DNA of 64,000 nucleotides from an uncultured virus (IMG/VR IMGVR_UViG_3300034019_000699) (Duplodnaviria; Heunggongvirae; Uroviricota; Caudoviricetes), in the IMG/VR virus record IMGVR_UViG_3300034019_000699, one strand, 5' to 3'. The notes beneath the pieces were generated by a model. The model searched no databases. It saw only the letters and a list, made by a program, of their open reading frames with translations, and was not told the DNA's origin. Both the position numbers and the translations under genes were made by a program. Below, piece after piece: positions 53,008 to 63,739 of the stretch. How positions within the stretch are numbered: the first letter of the stretch is position 1; each line of letters opens with the position of its first letter.

Positions 53008-54561
53008 ATGGCAACAGTAGTAAAAGACTTTAAAGTAAAGAATGGTCTCATTGTCGAAGGCACAACAGCAACAGTAAACAATTTTGACGTTCTTACTAAG
53101 AAAACAGACGATCAAACATACATCGTCAATTTAATTGGTGGTACAGCCACCTCAGCAAACGAAGCAAACAAGGTTGTAAAGCGTGATGCTTCAGGCAACT
53201 TTGCAGCAGGAACAATTACAGCAAACCTAACTGGTGCTGTAACTGGTAACGCTTCAACAGCAACAACTCTTGAAACTTCTCGTACAATTGAACTTACTGG
53301 AGATGTAACTGGTCAAGTTAACTTCAATGGTTCACAAAATGTTCAAATTTCAACAACTCTTAATGGCTCTTTTGCAACAGATGCAGAAGTTGCTACAGCA
53401 AAGGGCGAAGCAATTGATGCTGCAGCAGCATACACAGACACTCGTGAAGGTCTAATCACAACTGCTTATCAGTCATACGCTGACACAGCAGAAGCAGATG
53501 CTAAGGCATACACAGACACTCGTGAAGGTCTAATCACAACTGCTTATCAGTCATACGCTGACACAGCAGAAGCAGATGCAGTAACAACTGCAAACGCTTA
53601 CACAGATGCTGAAATTGCAGCACTTGTAGATTCAGCACCAGAACTTCTTGATACACTCAATGAACTGGCAGCAGCAATTGGAGACAATCCAAACTATGCA
53701 ACAGATCTTGCTACATCAGTAGGAACAAAGGTTTCAAAGGCTGGCGATACAATGACTGGACTTCTTGTCCTTTCAGCAGATCCATCAGCAAACCTTGGAG
53801 CAGCAACTAAGCAGTATGTAGATACAGCAGAATCAGACGCAAATGCATACACAGACACTCGTGAAGGTCTAATCACAACTGCTTATCAGTCATACGCTGA
53901 CACAGCAGAAGCAGATGCTAAGACATATGCAGATGGTCTTGCTTCAACAATTAACGGAACTATTGCAGCACTTGATACAGACGATGTAGCAGAAGGTTCA
54001 AACTTTTACTACACTGCTGCTCGTGCAAAGGCAGAGGCAGCAACGCTTCTTGCAAATGCAATAAAGACAAACATTACAATTACCAAGGATGGATCAGATA
54101 ATCTAACAATTACCGCAGAAAACGGTGTTGCAGATTCTTCAACTACAGACCTTGCAGAAGGAACAAACCTTTATTTTACAAATGCTCGTGCAGTAACCGC
54201 TCTTGAGGCAGTCACACCTGACTTCCCTGCAGTAGAGATTGCAAGCATTGCAAAGCAGGTAGCAGCAGAAGCATCTGTTGAAACTGCAAGCACAAACACA
54301 GCAGTGTCATGGGCCAAGGCTTCATATCGCTCTGCTGAATTCTTGGTTAAGATTGCTAATGGATCTCACACAGATGTTTCAAAGGTTATCCTAACACTTG
54401 ACACTTCAGACAATGTCGCTATCACAGAATACGCAATGGTTGGAACAAATGGTTCTCTTGGATCAGTTTCAGCAGATGTTTCTGGTAACGATGTTCGTCT
54501 TCGTGTTACAACAGCCAACAACACCTCAGTAGTAGGCGTTGTCGGAACACTTTTAAAGTAA
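53008..54561 (+). CDS. tail fibre protein with internal repeats
   Basis: KDFKVKNGL; LDTLNELAAAIGD; three copies of AYTDTREGLITTAYQSYADTAEADA. Confidence 0.8.
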   Translation: MATVVKDFKVKNGLIVEGTTATVNNFDVLTKKTDDQTYIVNLIGGTATSANEANKVVKRDASGNFAAGTITANLTGAVTGNASTATTLETSRTIELTGDVTGQVNFNGSQNVQISTTLNGSFATDAEVATAKGEAIDAAAAYTDTREGLITTAYQSYADTAEADAKAYTDTREGLITTAYQSYADTAEADAVTTANAYTDAEIAALVDSAPELLDTLNELAAAIGDNPNYATDLATSVGTKVSKAGDTMTGLLVLSADPSANLGAATKQYVDTAESDANAYTDTREGLITTAYQSYADTAEADAKTYADGLASTINGTIAALDTDDVAEGSNFYYTAARAKAEAATLLANAIKTNITITKDGSDNLTITAENGVADSSTTDLAEGTNLYFTNARAVTALEAVTPDFPAVEIASIAKQVAAEASVETASTNTAVSWAKASYRSAEFLVKIANGSHTDVSKVILTLDTSDNVAITEYAMVGTNGSLGSVSADVSGNDVRLRVTTANNTSVVGVVGTLLK

Positions 54562-54595
54562 TAAAAAAATAAATAGTTGGAAGAAGGAGTAGTAA

Positions 54596-55045
54596 ATGGC
54601 AACAGTCAATAAGGACTTTAAAGTCAAGAATGGACTCCAGGTCGCAGGATCTGGTAGTTTTGGAGGGACTTTAACAGTCGCAGAGCCAACAGAGGCTACA
54701 CATGTAGCAACTAAGGCATATGTTGACAATCGCTCAATGGCTGTTGGCAGCACTGCTCCTTCTTCACCAACTAATGGAACAATGTGGTTAGACACTCTAA
54801 CAAATAGAGTGAACTTTTATTACAATGGAGTTTGGTATACCCAAGCAACTATTGATGATACAAACAATCTTCCACAACATATTCACGATACTGCAATTGA
54901 TGGAACTGGTTTCATAGTATCTCAGTTTTATGAAGGCGGATCGTTTAATAGCCCATTGGGCATAGGTTTGGATGCAGGTGGCCCCTCTACAACAGAGTGG
55001 ACAGTTGTATTCGATGGCGGTAGTGTAGTAGATAACTTTAATTAA
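54596..55045 (+). CDS. tail fibre-associated protein
   Basis: KDFKVKNGL; ATKAYVD; APSSPTNGTMWLDT. Confidence 0.7.
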   Translation: MATVNKDFKVKNGLQVAGSGSFGGTLTVAEPTEATHVATKAYVDNRSMAVGSTAPSSPTNGTMWLDTLTNRVNFYYNGVWYTQATIDDTNNLPQHIHDTAIDGTGFIVSQFYEGGSFNSPLGIGLDAGGPSTTEWTVVFDGGSVVDNFN

Positions 55046-55100
55046 AAAATTGATGTTATAATAAGACTAGTTCATGGGCAGACCCCATAAGGAGATATAA

Positions 55101-56651
55101 ATGGCAACAAGAATGCAACAGCGCAGAGGTACTGCAGCCCAATGGACGGCTGCCAATCCAGTATTAGCAGCAGGTGAAATCGGTTTTGAAACCGACACAA
55201 GTAAATTTAAAATGGGTAACGGGTCCTCAGCATGGACTGCTCTAACATATTTTGCTAACGCAGCAGAATTAGCAGCCATTATTGATGGTGCCCCAGATCT
55301 TCTAAATACTCTTAATGAACTAGCAGCATCCATTGGAGATGACCCAGCATTTTTAACAACAATAGCAACAAATCTGAGCAATCACGCAACAGATACAACA
55401 GTAATTCACGGAATTGCAGATACAGCACAACTTGCAACCTTGTCTTCAGTTAATGAAGCAATTTCTGATTCACTTGGGACACACACTGCAGACACAACCC
55501 TTGTTCATGGTATTGCCGATACTTCACTTCTTGTAACAACAGCAGATCTCAACACATCGGTTGGTACAACAGCAAGTGATGCAGCAGCAGCACTTTCTGC
55601 ACATAATTCAGATACAACTCTAGTTCATGGTATTGCTGATACATCTCTTCTTGCAACTACAGGAGATGTTGAAACAGCATCATCCGATGCAGCAGCAGCA
55701 CTTTCTGCACATAATTCAGATACAACTCTAGTTCATGGTATTGCTGATACATCTCTTCTTGCAACTACAGGAGATGTTGAAACAGCATCATCCGATGCAG
55801 CAGCAGCACTTCTTGCACACGGACTATTAACTGAAAATGTTCATGGAATTTTAAATACAGCAGATCTAGCAACAACATCATTTGTTACAGACGCAGTCGA
55901 AGGCGCAGCAGTAGATCAGTCATCACTGGCTGGAACTGGAATTGACTGGAACTCTGTTGACATTAGATTTGATATTGATTCAACTGTAGCAACTAAGACA
56001 TACGCAGATGATGCAGTATCAACACACAATGACGACACAACAAATGTACACGGCATTGCAGACACATCACTTCTTGCAACAACTGCAGATGTAGCAGCAG
56101 TTACAAAAACCACTCTAGGTCTTGGAAATGTTGACAATACATCAGATGCTGACAAGCCAGTTTCAACAGCAACTGTAACAGCAATCGCAACAGCAAAGTC
56201 TGAAGCAATTGCAGAAGTAACAGCAGTTATTGATGGTGCACCAAACGCACTTAACACCCTTAACGAACTTGCTGCAGCACTTGGCGATGATGCTAACTTT
56301 GCTTCAACAGTTACAACATCACTTGCAACAAAGGTAGATTCATACACACCAATTACACAAAAGACAGCATCTTATACTCTATCAACGCTAGATCACAGAG
56401 ATGATTTAATTGAAATGGGTTCAGCATCAGCACTTACATTAACAATCCCACTAAATTCATCAATTGCTTACCCAGTTGGAACATCACTAGATATCCTTCA
56501 AACTGGTGCAGGTCAAGTAACGATTGCTGGAGCAGCAGGAGTTACCGTAAATGCAACACCAGGTCTTAAGTTGAGAACTCAGTGGTCATCTGCAACTCTT
56601 TTCAAGAGAGCAGAAAACACATGGGTTGTCTACGGCGACTTGACAGCGTAA
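55101..56651 (+). CDS. tail fibre protein with Mtd/hyaluronidase-type N-terminal domain
   Basis: RMQQRRGTAAQW.AANPVLAAGEIGFETDT; VHGIADT repeats including an exact 108-bp duplication. Confidence 0.82.
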   Translation: MATRMQQRRGTAAQWTAANPVLAAGEIGFETDTSKFKMGNGSSAWTALTYFANAAELAAIIDGAPDLLNTLNELAASIGDDPAFLTTIATNLSNHATDTTVIHGIADTAQLATLSSVNEAISDSLGTHTADTTLVHGIADTSLLVTTADLNTSVGTTASDAAAALSAHNSDTTLVHGIADTSLLATTGDVETASSDAAAALSAHNSDTTLVHGIADTSLLATTGDVETASSDAAAALLAHGLLTENVHGILNTADLATTSFVTDAVEGAAVDQSSLAGTGIDWNSVDIRFDIDSTVATKTYADDAVSTHNDDTTNVHGIADTSLLATTADVAAVTKTTLGLGNVDNTSDADKPVSTATVTAIATAKSEAIAEVTAVIDGAPNALNTLNELAAALGDDANFASTVTTSLATKVDSYTPITQKTASYTLSTLDHRDDLIEMGSASALTLTIPLNSSIAYPVGTSLDILQTGAGQVTIAGAAGVTVNATPGLKLRTQWSSATLFKRAENTWVVYGDLTA

Positions 56652-56683
56652 TACAAAATTCAATAAGAAATTAGGAGATACAA

Positions 56684-57556
56684 ATGGCAGCAGGTAAGAA
56701 ATCAGGGAGAAAGTCCCAAGCGTCAAATGACTTTTTGGAGCCATTAAAGCCAACAATTACTAGTGCTACAAACGTAGGAACAGGTCGTGCGTTTAATAAT
56801 GGTGCAGTTACTGTTGCATTTTCTTTGCCTGCACTTTCTCCAGCAGCCACATCTTTTACAGTAACAGCAAGCACAGGACAGACAGCAACTGGAGCATCTT
56901 CTCCACTAACCGTAACTGGAATTGCTTCTTCAGCAGCACCAACATTTACAGTAACAGCAACTAACGCAGCAGGAACCTCTGCTGCTTCTGATCCATCTGC
57001 TGCAGTAACGGTAACAACAGTTCCAGCAACTCCCTCTGCTCCTACTGCTACGACTGGAGTAGACTTAGATACAGTATCTTGGACAGCCCCTAATAATGGT
57101 GGATCTGCGATTACTTCGTATACTTGGGCGTCTTCAGATGGGAAGGGTGCAACTCTTAATGCAACCTCTACCACTGTAGTTCAAGAAGGAAGCACTTCAC
57201 AAACATATACTGTTTATGCAACAAATGCAAATGGAAACTCTTTGGTTTCTCCTGCATCTAATTCTGTTACCACTACCCCGCCATTTTTCCCTCCATTCTT
57301 CCCACCATTCTTCCCATTCTTCCCTCCATTTTTCCCTCCATTCTTCCCATTCTTCCCACCGTTCTTCCCATTCTTCCCATTCTTCCCATTCTTCCCACCG
57401 TTCTTCCCATTCTTCCCATTCTTCCCACCATTCTTCCCGTTCTTCCCATTCTTCCCATTCTTCCCACCGTTCTTCCCATTCTTCCCATTCTTCCCACCAT
57501 TTTTCCCACCACGCTTTGGAGGATGCGACTGCGTCTGTAATGGACTCTGTGTCTAA
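56684..57556 (+). CDS. fibronectin-III-like protein with a 78-aa Pro/Phe-only tract and Cys tail
   Basis: TVTATNAAGTS, VSWTAP.NGGSAITSY, ATNANGNS; (PPFF/PFF)n; RFGGCDCVCNGLCV. Confidence 0.8.
   Translation: MAAGKKSGRKSQASNDFLEPLKPTITSATNVGTGRAFNNGAVTVAFSLPALSPAATSFTVTASTGQTATGASSPLTVTGIASSAAPTFTVTATNAAGTSAASDPSAAVTVTTVPATPSAPTATTGVDLDTVSWTAPNNGGSAITSYTWASSDGKGATLNATSTTVVQEGSTSQTYTVYATNANGNSLVSPASNSVTTTPPFFPPFFPPFFPFFPPFFPPFFPFFPPFFPFFPFFPFFPPFFPFFPFFPPFFPFFPFFPFFPPFFPFFPFFPPFFPPRFGGCDCVCNGLCV
57278..57511 (+). repeat. CCATTCTTC-type coding microrepeat (PFF/PPFF)
   Basis: 9- and 12-bp units; synonymous variation keeps P/F. Confidence 0.9.
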
Positions 57557-57591
57557 CATGGTATACTTTATTAAAATAAAAGGAGATAAAA

Positions 57592-58038
57592 ATGTATAGT
57601 GCAATAGTAAAAAATGATGATCAAACCTGGGATATATTTTTTGATTTTAATTATTATTCAATGGTTAGGTTGTCATCCCTAAAAGAAGCATGGGATAGCG
57701 AATTGCCTATAGTTCCTATGGAAATAACTGCATACAAAAACACAGCGTTGATAGGTGCTTTCTGGGACGGATCTTCTTTTTCTGGAGGTCATGAGTTAGA
57801 TGGCATACACTATAAAGCGCTACCAGATACAGTAGAGTTTTGGGAATCTCATAAAGTTTACGGATTTTTGTGTGATAATGTTTTGATTGCTATGATAGTT
57901 ACAACAAATGATACAGATTTTGCAGAACTTGTTGCTGCTGCTTTTGAAGGAGAAGTTAAATTTATTAAGCATGAAGGGCTTCCTTTTGGCAAAAGCATTA
58001 AGTATAATACTGAAACGAGAGAGAGTTCTTTAGCATAA
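57592..58038 (+). CDS. hypothetical protein directly after the PFF protein
   Basis: AAGGAG SD; IGAFWDGSSFSGG. Confidence 0.7.
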   Translation: MYSAIVKNDDQTWDIFFDFNYYSMVRLSSLKEAWDSELPIVPMEITAYKNTALIGAFWDGSSFSGGHELDGIHYKALPDTVEFWESHKVYGFLCDNVLIAMIVTTNDTDFAELVAAAFEGEVKFIKHEGLPFGKSIKYNTETRESSLA

Positions 58039-58090
58039 ATTATTATTTCCTATTTGTGATATAATATATACATAGAGTAAAGGAAAAAGT

Positions 58091-58804
58091 ATGACAATTT
58101 ATGATGAAAATGAAACTCCATGGTTTACTAAAGATAGATCAGAAACATCACTAAATAGGTATTCATCAAGGAATATCGGCAACAACATCTTAGTTGAAAA
58201 TCCAGCCCTAGGAATTAATTTATACAGAAATGTATTTTCAAAAGAAGATTCTGAAAGATATATTAAAATTCTTGAATCTAATTTAGGCGGTAATGGTAAA
58301 TACAAATGGTCAGAGGCAAAAGTAACCAACTCTGATGTTCCAATTAAAAAGGCTAGAGATGCTGTAGACTTTAGATTTAAGCAAGAAAACTTAGGTCCAA
58401 GAGACGAACACAATGCTGAACTTTTAGACTTACATGAAGAAATATATCAAAAGTTAAAGTTTTGCGTTGATGATTATGCACGGTATTGGGGAATAAATGT
58501 CATATACTATGAAGCCTTTAACTTTGTAAAATATGAAGGAGAAGGAACACACTTCAATATTCATGCAGACCATGGACCAATGTATAACTGTACAGTGTCT
58601 GCCGTTGTCTATATAAATGAAGATTACGAGGGGGGAGAGATTAGGTTTCCGAGAATGGATAACTACACTCATACTCCAAAAATAGGAGACATTGTTCTTT
58701 GTCCATCTAACTATATTTATGAGCATGCATCTTTGCCAATGAAAGAAGGAACTAAATATTGTGTTGTCGTAATGACAGACATTAATGAACTGGGACACAA
58801 GTAG
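58091..58804 (+). CDS. 2OG-Fe(II) oxygenase
   Basis: HADHG...YINEDYEGGEI...HAS. Confidence 0.88.
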   Translation: MTIYDENETPWFTKDRSETSLNRYSSRNIGNNILVENPALGINLYRNVFSKEDSERYIKILESNLGGNGKYKWSEAKVTNSDVPIKKARDAVDFRFKQENLGPRDEHNAELLDLHEEIYQKLKFCVDDYARYWGINVIYYEAFNFVKYEGEGTHFNIHADHGPMYNCTVSAVVYINEDYEGGEIRFPRMDNYTHTPKIGDIVLCPSNYIYEHASLPMKEGTKYCVVVMTDINELGHK

Positions 58805-59571
58805 TGTCTTTAGTTGCAAAGTTTACAGCATTCAGGCCTTGGATAAACAAAGAGGATATCTCTGTTCCTGTTCCTACACAAAAAGAAATACCAGACTGGT
58901 ATAAGGATGCAGATAGATTTGCAAAAATGCCAAACGGAGAATACTATAAAGCAACAAAAGAGGTTTGTCCATTTCCCAAAGAAGGAACAACAGATGACTA
59001 TGGAAAGATCCCAACATGGAAAGCGTGTCCTGCAATTATGGATGCGTTTGCGACAGGATATGTATTTAAAACTCCTTGTGATCTAACATTTGCTAAAAAT
59101 TCTCAGGGAATAATTAATGTAACAATTAATGACCCTAAGTATAAAGACTTTTGTACTCAAAGACCTCCAATGCCACAATTCGAACATCCAAAAGGATACT
59201 ACCAACACCATTTTGCCTGGAGTTCTCCGTGGGGCCTAGAACTTCCAGAAGGATATAGTGCATTATTTATGACTCCAATGAACAGGTTTGATCTTCCATT
59301 TTTAAATACAACTGGAATTGTTGACTCTGACAAAGTTCATCTTCTTGGAAGTTTTCCATTTTTTATTGCAGATGGTTGGGAAGGCACTATTCCAGCAGGA
59401 ACCCCATATTTGCAAGTCCTTCCATTTAAAAGAGAAAATTGGGATCATGATATAGAGATTTCAGATCAATCTTCTATATATGGTAAAATGGTAGATAACG
59501 CAAAGTTCTATCGTCAACCTGACGGGGGCGTATATATTAAAAAAGTTTGGTCACGCAGAGAGTATAAATAG
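58804..59571 (+). CDS. conserved phage protein (TWKACPA family)
   Basis: Paralog of 20587-21393. Confidence 0.7.
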   Translation: MSLVAKFTAFRPWINKEDISVPVPTQKEIPDWYKDADRFAKMPNGEYYKATKEVCPFPKEGTTDDYGKIPTWKACPAIMDAFATGYVFKTPCDLTFAKNSQGIINVTINDPKYKDFCTQRPPMPQFEHPKGYYQHHFAWSSPWGLELPEGYSALFMTPMNRFDLPFLNTTGIVDSDKVHLLGSFPFFIADGWEGTIPAGTPYLQVLPFKRENWDHDIEISDQSSIYGKMVDNAKFYRQPDGGVYIKKVWSRREYK

Positions 59572-59580
59572 GAGATACAA

Positions 59581-60264
59581 ATGCAAACATGGACAGATAA
59601 AGAAAGTCTTGGAAATGGAATAACCTGTTATAGAGGGGTTATTAAAAAAGAGTTTGATGTAGTCAATAGGCTTGAAAATACTTTAGGTTCTGTTGCTGGG
59701 TACGGAGAGTTGTCTACAGAAGGTAAAAGATATCACTGGATGCCAGCATATGTTGGTTATCAACAACTTATGCCAGACTACAGAGACTGTGTAGATTTTA
59801 AATTTAAAAAAACAGACATTGAACAAGATAAAAGTGAAGAGTCTTTAAAGTTGCAGTCTCTTTGGCAGGACATCTATGATGCACAATCTGCAGCAGTAGA
59901 GGACTACAGACGAGACTACAACATTATGCCACTTAAATATTGGGAAGCCTTTAATTTTATTAAATATGGTCCAGGCCAACACTTTAAAGAGCATCATGAT
60001 CATGGATACTCCTACAACTGTACTGTTTCGTTGGTCGCTTATGTAAATGATGACTATGAGGGTGGAGAGTTATTTTTTAGACTACAGGGTTTAAACATTA
60101 AGCCAAAGGCTGGAGATCTTTACATCTTCCCATCTAACTTTATGTATCCTCATCAGGCTATGCCAGTTCATTCTGGAACTAAATACTCTATTGTTACCAT
60201 GCTTGACTATAGTAAAAAGTATCATACGCCAGACATGTATGATCCTAAATGGGATAATGAATAG
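59581..60264 (+). CDS. 2OG-Fe(II) oxygenase
   Basis: HHDHG...YVNDDYEGGEL...HQA. Confidence 0.88.
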   Translation: MQTWTDKESLGNGITCYRGVIKKEFDVVNRLENTLGSVAGYGELSTEGKRYHWMPAYVGYQQLMPDYRDCVDFKFKKTDIEQDKSEESLKLQSLWQDIYDAQSAAVEDYRRDYNIMPLKYWEAFNFIKYGPGQHFKEHHDHGYSYNCTVSLVAYVNDDYEGGELFFRLQGLNIKPKAGDLYIFPSNFMYPHQAMPVHSGTKYSIVTMLDYSKKYHTPDMYDPKWDNE

Positions 60265-60974
60265 TGTATAACATAATAGTTGAAAAAATGCCAGGGTGTA
60301 TTTTTGAAATAAATCCAATGTCAATAAAAAGAGATTGGATGGATGCTACATCAGAAAACCATGCTTATAGATGTTTCCCAGTAACGCAAGCAAATGTCGT
60401 TGGCTACAGTCTTTCTTGTAAAGAGGATATTGAGTTTATTTGGGACGGGATAAACGATCAAACTCAAGATCATGTAACAATATTTAATCCAGAAAGATCA
60501 TATTCTGGAAGAGGTCAGTCATCAGTAAGCCTAGACACAGGGTTAATATTTAGAACTATAGAAGAACTCAGCATCCTCACTATAAATCCAGTAAATTATT
60601 TTAATGATGAGTTTGAAACGATGTCATCCTTAATAAGTACTTCTTTTTATGACAACCCCTTGCCGTTAGCAATTAAAGCAAGGTTTGCAAATAAAAGGGT
60701 AACAATTAAGGCTGGAACTCCAGTAGCAACAATAATACCAATATCCTTAACAGGCTTAAACAATACTGAAATTAATATTATAAAGTATCAAGATAATGAC
60801 AAAAAAAGAGAGCAAGCAAACAGGTCTTATGGAGAGGCTGCACAAGTTCTTAATTCTTCGGGAGAATGGACAGACTGGTATAGAAACGCTGTAAATGAAA
60901 AACAAGAATCTCTGGGCTCTCATGAAACAAAAACTTTAAAACTCATTGTAAAAGATAGTTCTGGTGAGTTATGA
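60264..60974 (+). CDS. DUF6065-like protein
   Basis: RDWMD....HAYRCFP..AN..G. Confidence 0.65.
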   Translation: MYNIIVEKMPGCIFEINPMSIKRDWMDATSENHAYRCFPVTQANVVGYSLSCKEDIEFIWDGINDQTQDHVTIFNPERSYSGRGQSSVSLDTGLIFRTIEELSILTINPVNYFNDEFETMSSLISTSFYDNPLPLAIKARFANKRVTIKAGTPVATIIPISLTGLNNTEINIIKYQDNDKKREQANRSYGEAAQVLNSSGEWTDWYRNAVNEKQESLGSHETKTLKLIVKDSSGEL

Positions 60975-61426
60975 GTGAACTAAATCCAACACATGAAGAT
61001 ATAGTAAGCGAATATATAAAAAATGCCAAAGAAGGAAAGGTTGGCCATTACATGATAACAGTTGCTAGAGATGGGGAGTCTCCAGTACGGTCTATAATAT
61101 CATTTGACAACATAGACGAGGCATTTAAAGGTTACTCAATGTATGAAGATGCTGGGTTTGCAAAAGATTATCTTACAGTTTCCCTATATCAGCCATCAGG
61201 AATAGTCACTACAAAAGTTTTAAAAAGAAATCATGCTGGAGATCCTTCGTTTGTTAGGCAAAATTATATTGATACGGTTGAAGCCTTGCACTCTGTTAAA
61301 CATAAGTTAAGCAAAGAAGACTACGAAGAGATGTGTATTAAAATTGTTACCTCATTTGCAAAAGACAACTGGAGATTTAATGCAGACAGGTTTTTAAAAC
61401 AACTAGAAATAGAAAGGACATTGTAG
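60971..61426 (+). CDS. hypothetical protein
   Basis: ATGA overlap; DNWRFNADRF C-terminus. Confidence 0.65.
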   Translation: MSELNPTHEDIVSEYIKNAKEGKVGHYMITVARDGESPVRSIISFDNIDEAFKGYSMYEDAGFAKDYLTVSLYQPSGIVTTKVLKRNHAGDPSFVRQNYIDTVEALHSVKHKLSKEDYEEMCIKIVTSFAKDNWRFNADRFLKQLEIERTL

Positions 61427-61452
61427 GATAAACCCTATGATATAATCTTATT

Positions 61453-62127
61453 ATGGACAAAGAAAAAGCCACTGTTGTAGTTAGAAAGCCATCGATAACC
61501 CCGTCTGGCTGGTTTGGCGATAGTAAAGATATGATCGTAGAGTTAGAAAACTTTATGACACAAGAAGAGATTGAGTTTTTAGAAAAGGCTGCAAAGTCTT
61601 TAACTATTTGGGATGTAACAGAAAGCCATGTAAACGAAAATGGAACTGTTGTTTATGATTCAGAATACTGGAAAGACAGAGTTGCAACCAGTCCAACACT
61701 TAACAAAAATGATCCATCAATTGCTCCAGTAATCGCAGGACTTTTTGAAAGGTTAAAGCCTATAGTAGAAGATTTTTATAAAGTAAAGGTTATCCCTACT
61801 GGAACAACAATTGTAAAATGGCTTCCAGGACAATTTCAAAAACCGCATGCAGACAAAGAGTTGCACGAAGGCCCAGATGCTGGCCTACCAAATGATTTTC
61901 CAAACTATGATCTTTCAAGTTTGTTTTATTTAAACGATGACTACGAAGGTGGAGAACTATACTTTCCACTGCAAGAAGTGCAGTTTAAACCTAAAAAAGG
62001 CGCTGCATACTTTTTCCCAGGTGACAAGAACTATATCCACGGGGTAACAGAAATTAAAAGTGGTTTAAGATTTACCTGTCCTTTCTTTTGGGAAATTACA
62101 GAGCATACAGGAGATCGAAAGCCATGA
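61453..62127 (+). CDS. 2OG-Fe(II) oxygenase
   Basis: PHADKE...YLNDDYEGGELYF...HGV...R. Confidence 0.9.
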   Translation: MDKEKATVVVRKPSITPSGWFGDSKDMIVELENFMTQEEIEFLEKAAKSLTIWDVTESHVNENGTVVYDSEYWKDRVATSPTLNKNDPSIAPVIAGLFERLKPIVEDFYKVKVIPTGTTIVKWLPGQFQKPHADKELHEGPDAGLPNDFPNYDLSSLFYLNDDYEGGELYFPLQEVQFKPKKGAAYFFPGDKNYIHGVTEIKSGLRFTCPFFWEITEHTGDRKP

Positions 62128-62993
62128 TAGCAATGTCTTCAAAAAGTTTGGATTCTGTTGAGTTGTATCCTAAAATAATTGTGTATAAGAATTTATTTAA
62201 AGATATTGCAAAAACTACAAAATTACTTGAAGAAGAAAGCGAAGACGGTTTGTTTTCGCCATGGACAAAATGGTCTAATTTTGGAGAATATCTCAATCCG
62301 TTGTTTAAAAATGACCCTTTCCAACTATTAATAGGCATGATAAGAGTAATAAAAACAACAAATTTAAAACAAGAAGAACATAAAAATGCAATATTGGAAC
62401 TTTATGAAAATTTCTATATAGCAACAAAAGACTACGCAAATAGGTTTGATATTGAGATAGATGATCAAAAAATTGTAAAAACACACGAGGGCCAAGACAT
62501 AAAAGAATGGGTGATTAATGGTCCATCAATAGCAAGATACAGAACAGACATCACAGATCCAGTTGCAATGACGTATCATTCTGACTATATCCGTGAGCCA
62601 ATCACTAGTCCAGGGCATAAATATGTCATAACGGCCCTGACATACTTTAATGATAATTATTCTGGCGGTGAAATTGATTTTATTGTTGATGGAGAAGCCT
62701 ACATGTATAAACCACAGGCTGGAGATGTTTTGGTATTTCCTTCAGGGCATCCACAAATTTTAACTAAAGAGGGAAAGATATACCTACACGGAGTTATGCC
62801 AGCGCAAGGTTTTAAGAAGTATATCTCCAGAATGTATTGGATGAAATACGAACCAGGAGAATCCGCATGGTTTGAACAAGAAGAAAAGTTTGGAAAAGAA
62901 GTCTGGAACAAAATGCAAGAAAAGATTATGGAAGAGTTTAGAAATGCTCATCCAAATAAACATAGTGCTGAAAGGGAGAAAAGAATATCATGA
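62124..62993 (+). CDS. 2OG-Fe(II) oxygenase
   Basis: YHSD...YFNDNYSGGEI...HGV. Confidence 0.85.
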   Translation: MIAMSSKSLDSVELYPKIIVYKNLFKDIAKTTKLLEEESEDGLFSPWTKWSNFGEYLNPLFKNDPFQLLIGMIRVIKTTNLKQEEHKNAILELYENFYIATKDYANRFDIEIDDQKIVKTHEGQDIKEWVINGPSIARYRTDITDPVAMTYHSDYIREPITSPGHKYVITALTYFNDNYSGGEIDFIVDGEAYMYKPQAGDVLVFPSGHPQILTKEGKIYLHGVMPAQGFKKYISRMYWMKYEPGESAWFEQEEKFGKEVWNKMQEKIMEEFRNAHPNKHSAEREKRIS

Positions 62994-63739
62994 ATCTAGA
63001 AAACAAAAACAGAATAACTAAAGATATAGTTGTTTATGAAAACTTCATTGATGCAGATACTGCTGAAAAACTTGTAAAAGTTTTAGATAAACATGTCGAG
63101 GTTGGAACAATCACATGGATGCCAATATCATTCTACGAATCCTATTCTTCTGTATTACCACAAGATGATGATGAGCATGTTATTGCAGAAGGTCTTCCTA
63201 CTACTATTTTTTCAGACATGAAGCAGGGGATAATTGAAGCAGTAGCAAGTGTTCATGACCTTGATCCAAAGATAATTTCTCAAATTGGATATCATACTCA
63301 AAAGTGGGAGCCAGGAGCATACGCAAGAAAACATTCCGACAATACCGATGAGCACGGACACTCTGGTGCCTTTACAAGGAGTAGATATGCTGCATTCTTA
63401 TATCTAAATGATAATTTTGAAGGAGGAATGTTGCAGTTCCCAGATCAAGACATAAGCATACAGCCCAAAGTTGGAATGCTTGCTGCATTTGACGGGGGAT
63501 TTAACAACATGCACGAAGTAACCCTTATCACTAGTGGAGTTAGATACACCATAGGTTCTTTTTGGGATGATCGAGAAGAAGATGCATACCCACAAGAAGT
63601 AAGAGATGCATGGGCAGCAGAAATGAAAGAAACTAGAGCGCATCAAGAAATTGAAAGAGCCGAGTGGCAAGAACTCTTAAAACAGGGTTGGAAACTTGAT
63701 GCTAATGGAAATAAATATAAAGCAGATGATTTAAAATGA
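62990..63739 (+). CDS. 2OG-Fe(II) oxygenase
   Basis: KHSDN...YLNDNFEGG...HEV...RY. Confidence 0.9.
   Translation: MNLENKNRITKDIVVYENFIDADTAEKLVKVLDKHVEVGTITWMPISFYESYSSVLPQDDDEHVIAEGLPTTIFSDMKQGIIEAVASVHDLDPKIISQIGYHTQKWEPGAYARKHSDNTDEHGHSGAFTRSRYAAFLYLNDNFEGGMLQFPDQDISIQPKVGMLAAFDGGFNNMHEVTLITSGVRYTIGSFWDDREEDAYPQEVRDAWAAEMKETRAHQEIERAEWQELLKQGWKLDANGNKYKADDLK

Noticed and set aside
55101..56651. Diversity-generating retroelement target suggested by the Mtd-like N-terminus
   Set aside because: No reverse transcriptase and no TR/VR pair with adenine-specific mismatches seen in the window.
57197..57604. Antisense and alternate-frame ORFs (WEE-, SHS-, GRM-rich) over the PFF tract
   Set aside because: Shadows of the microrepeat. 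The + frame is continuous with the FN3 gene, and wobble variation preserves P/F.
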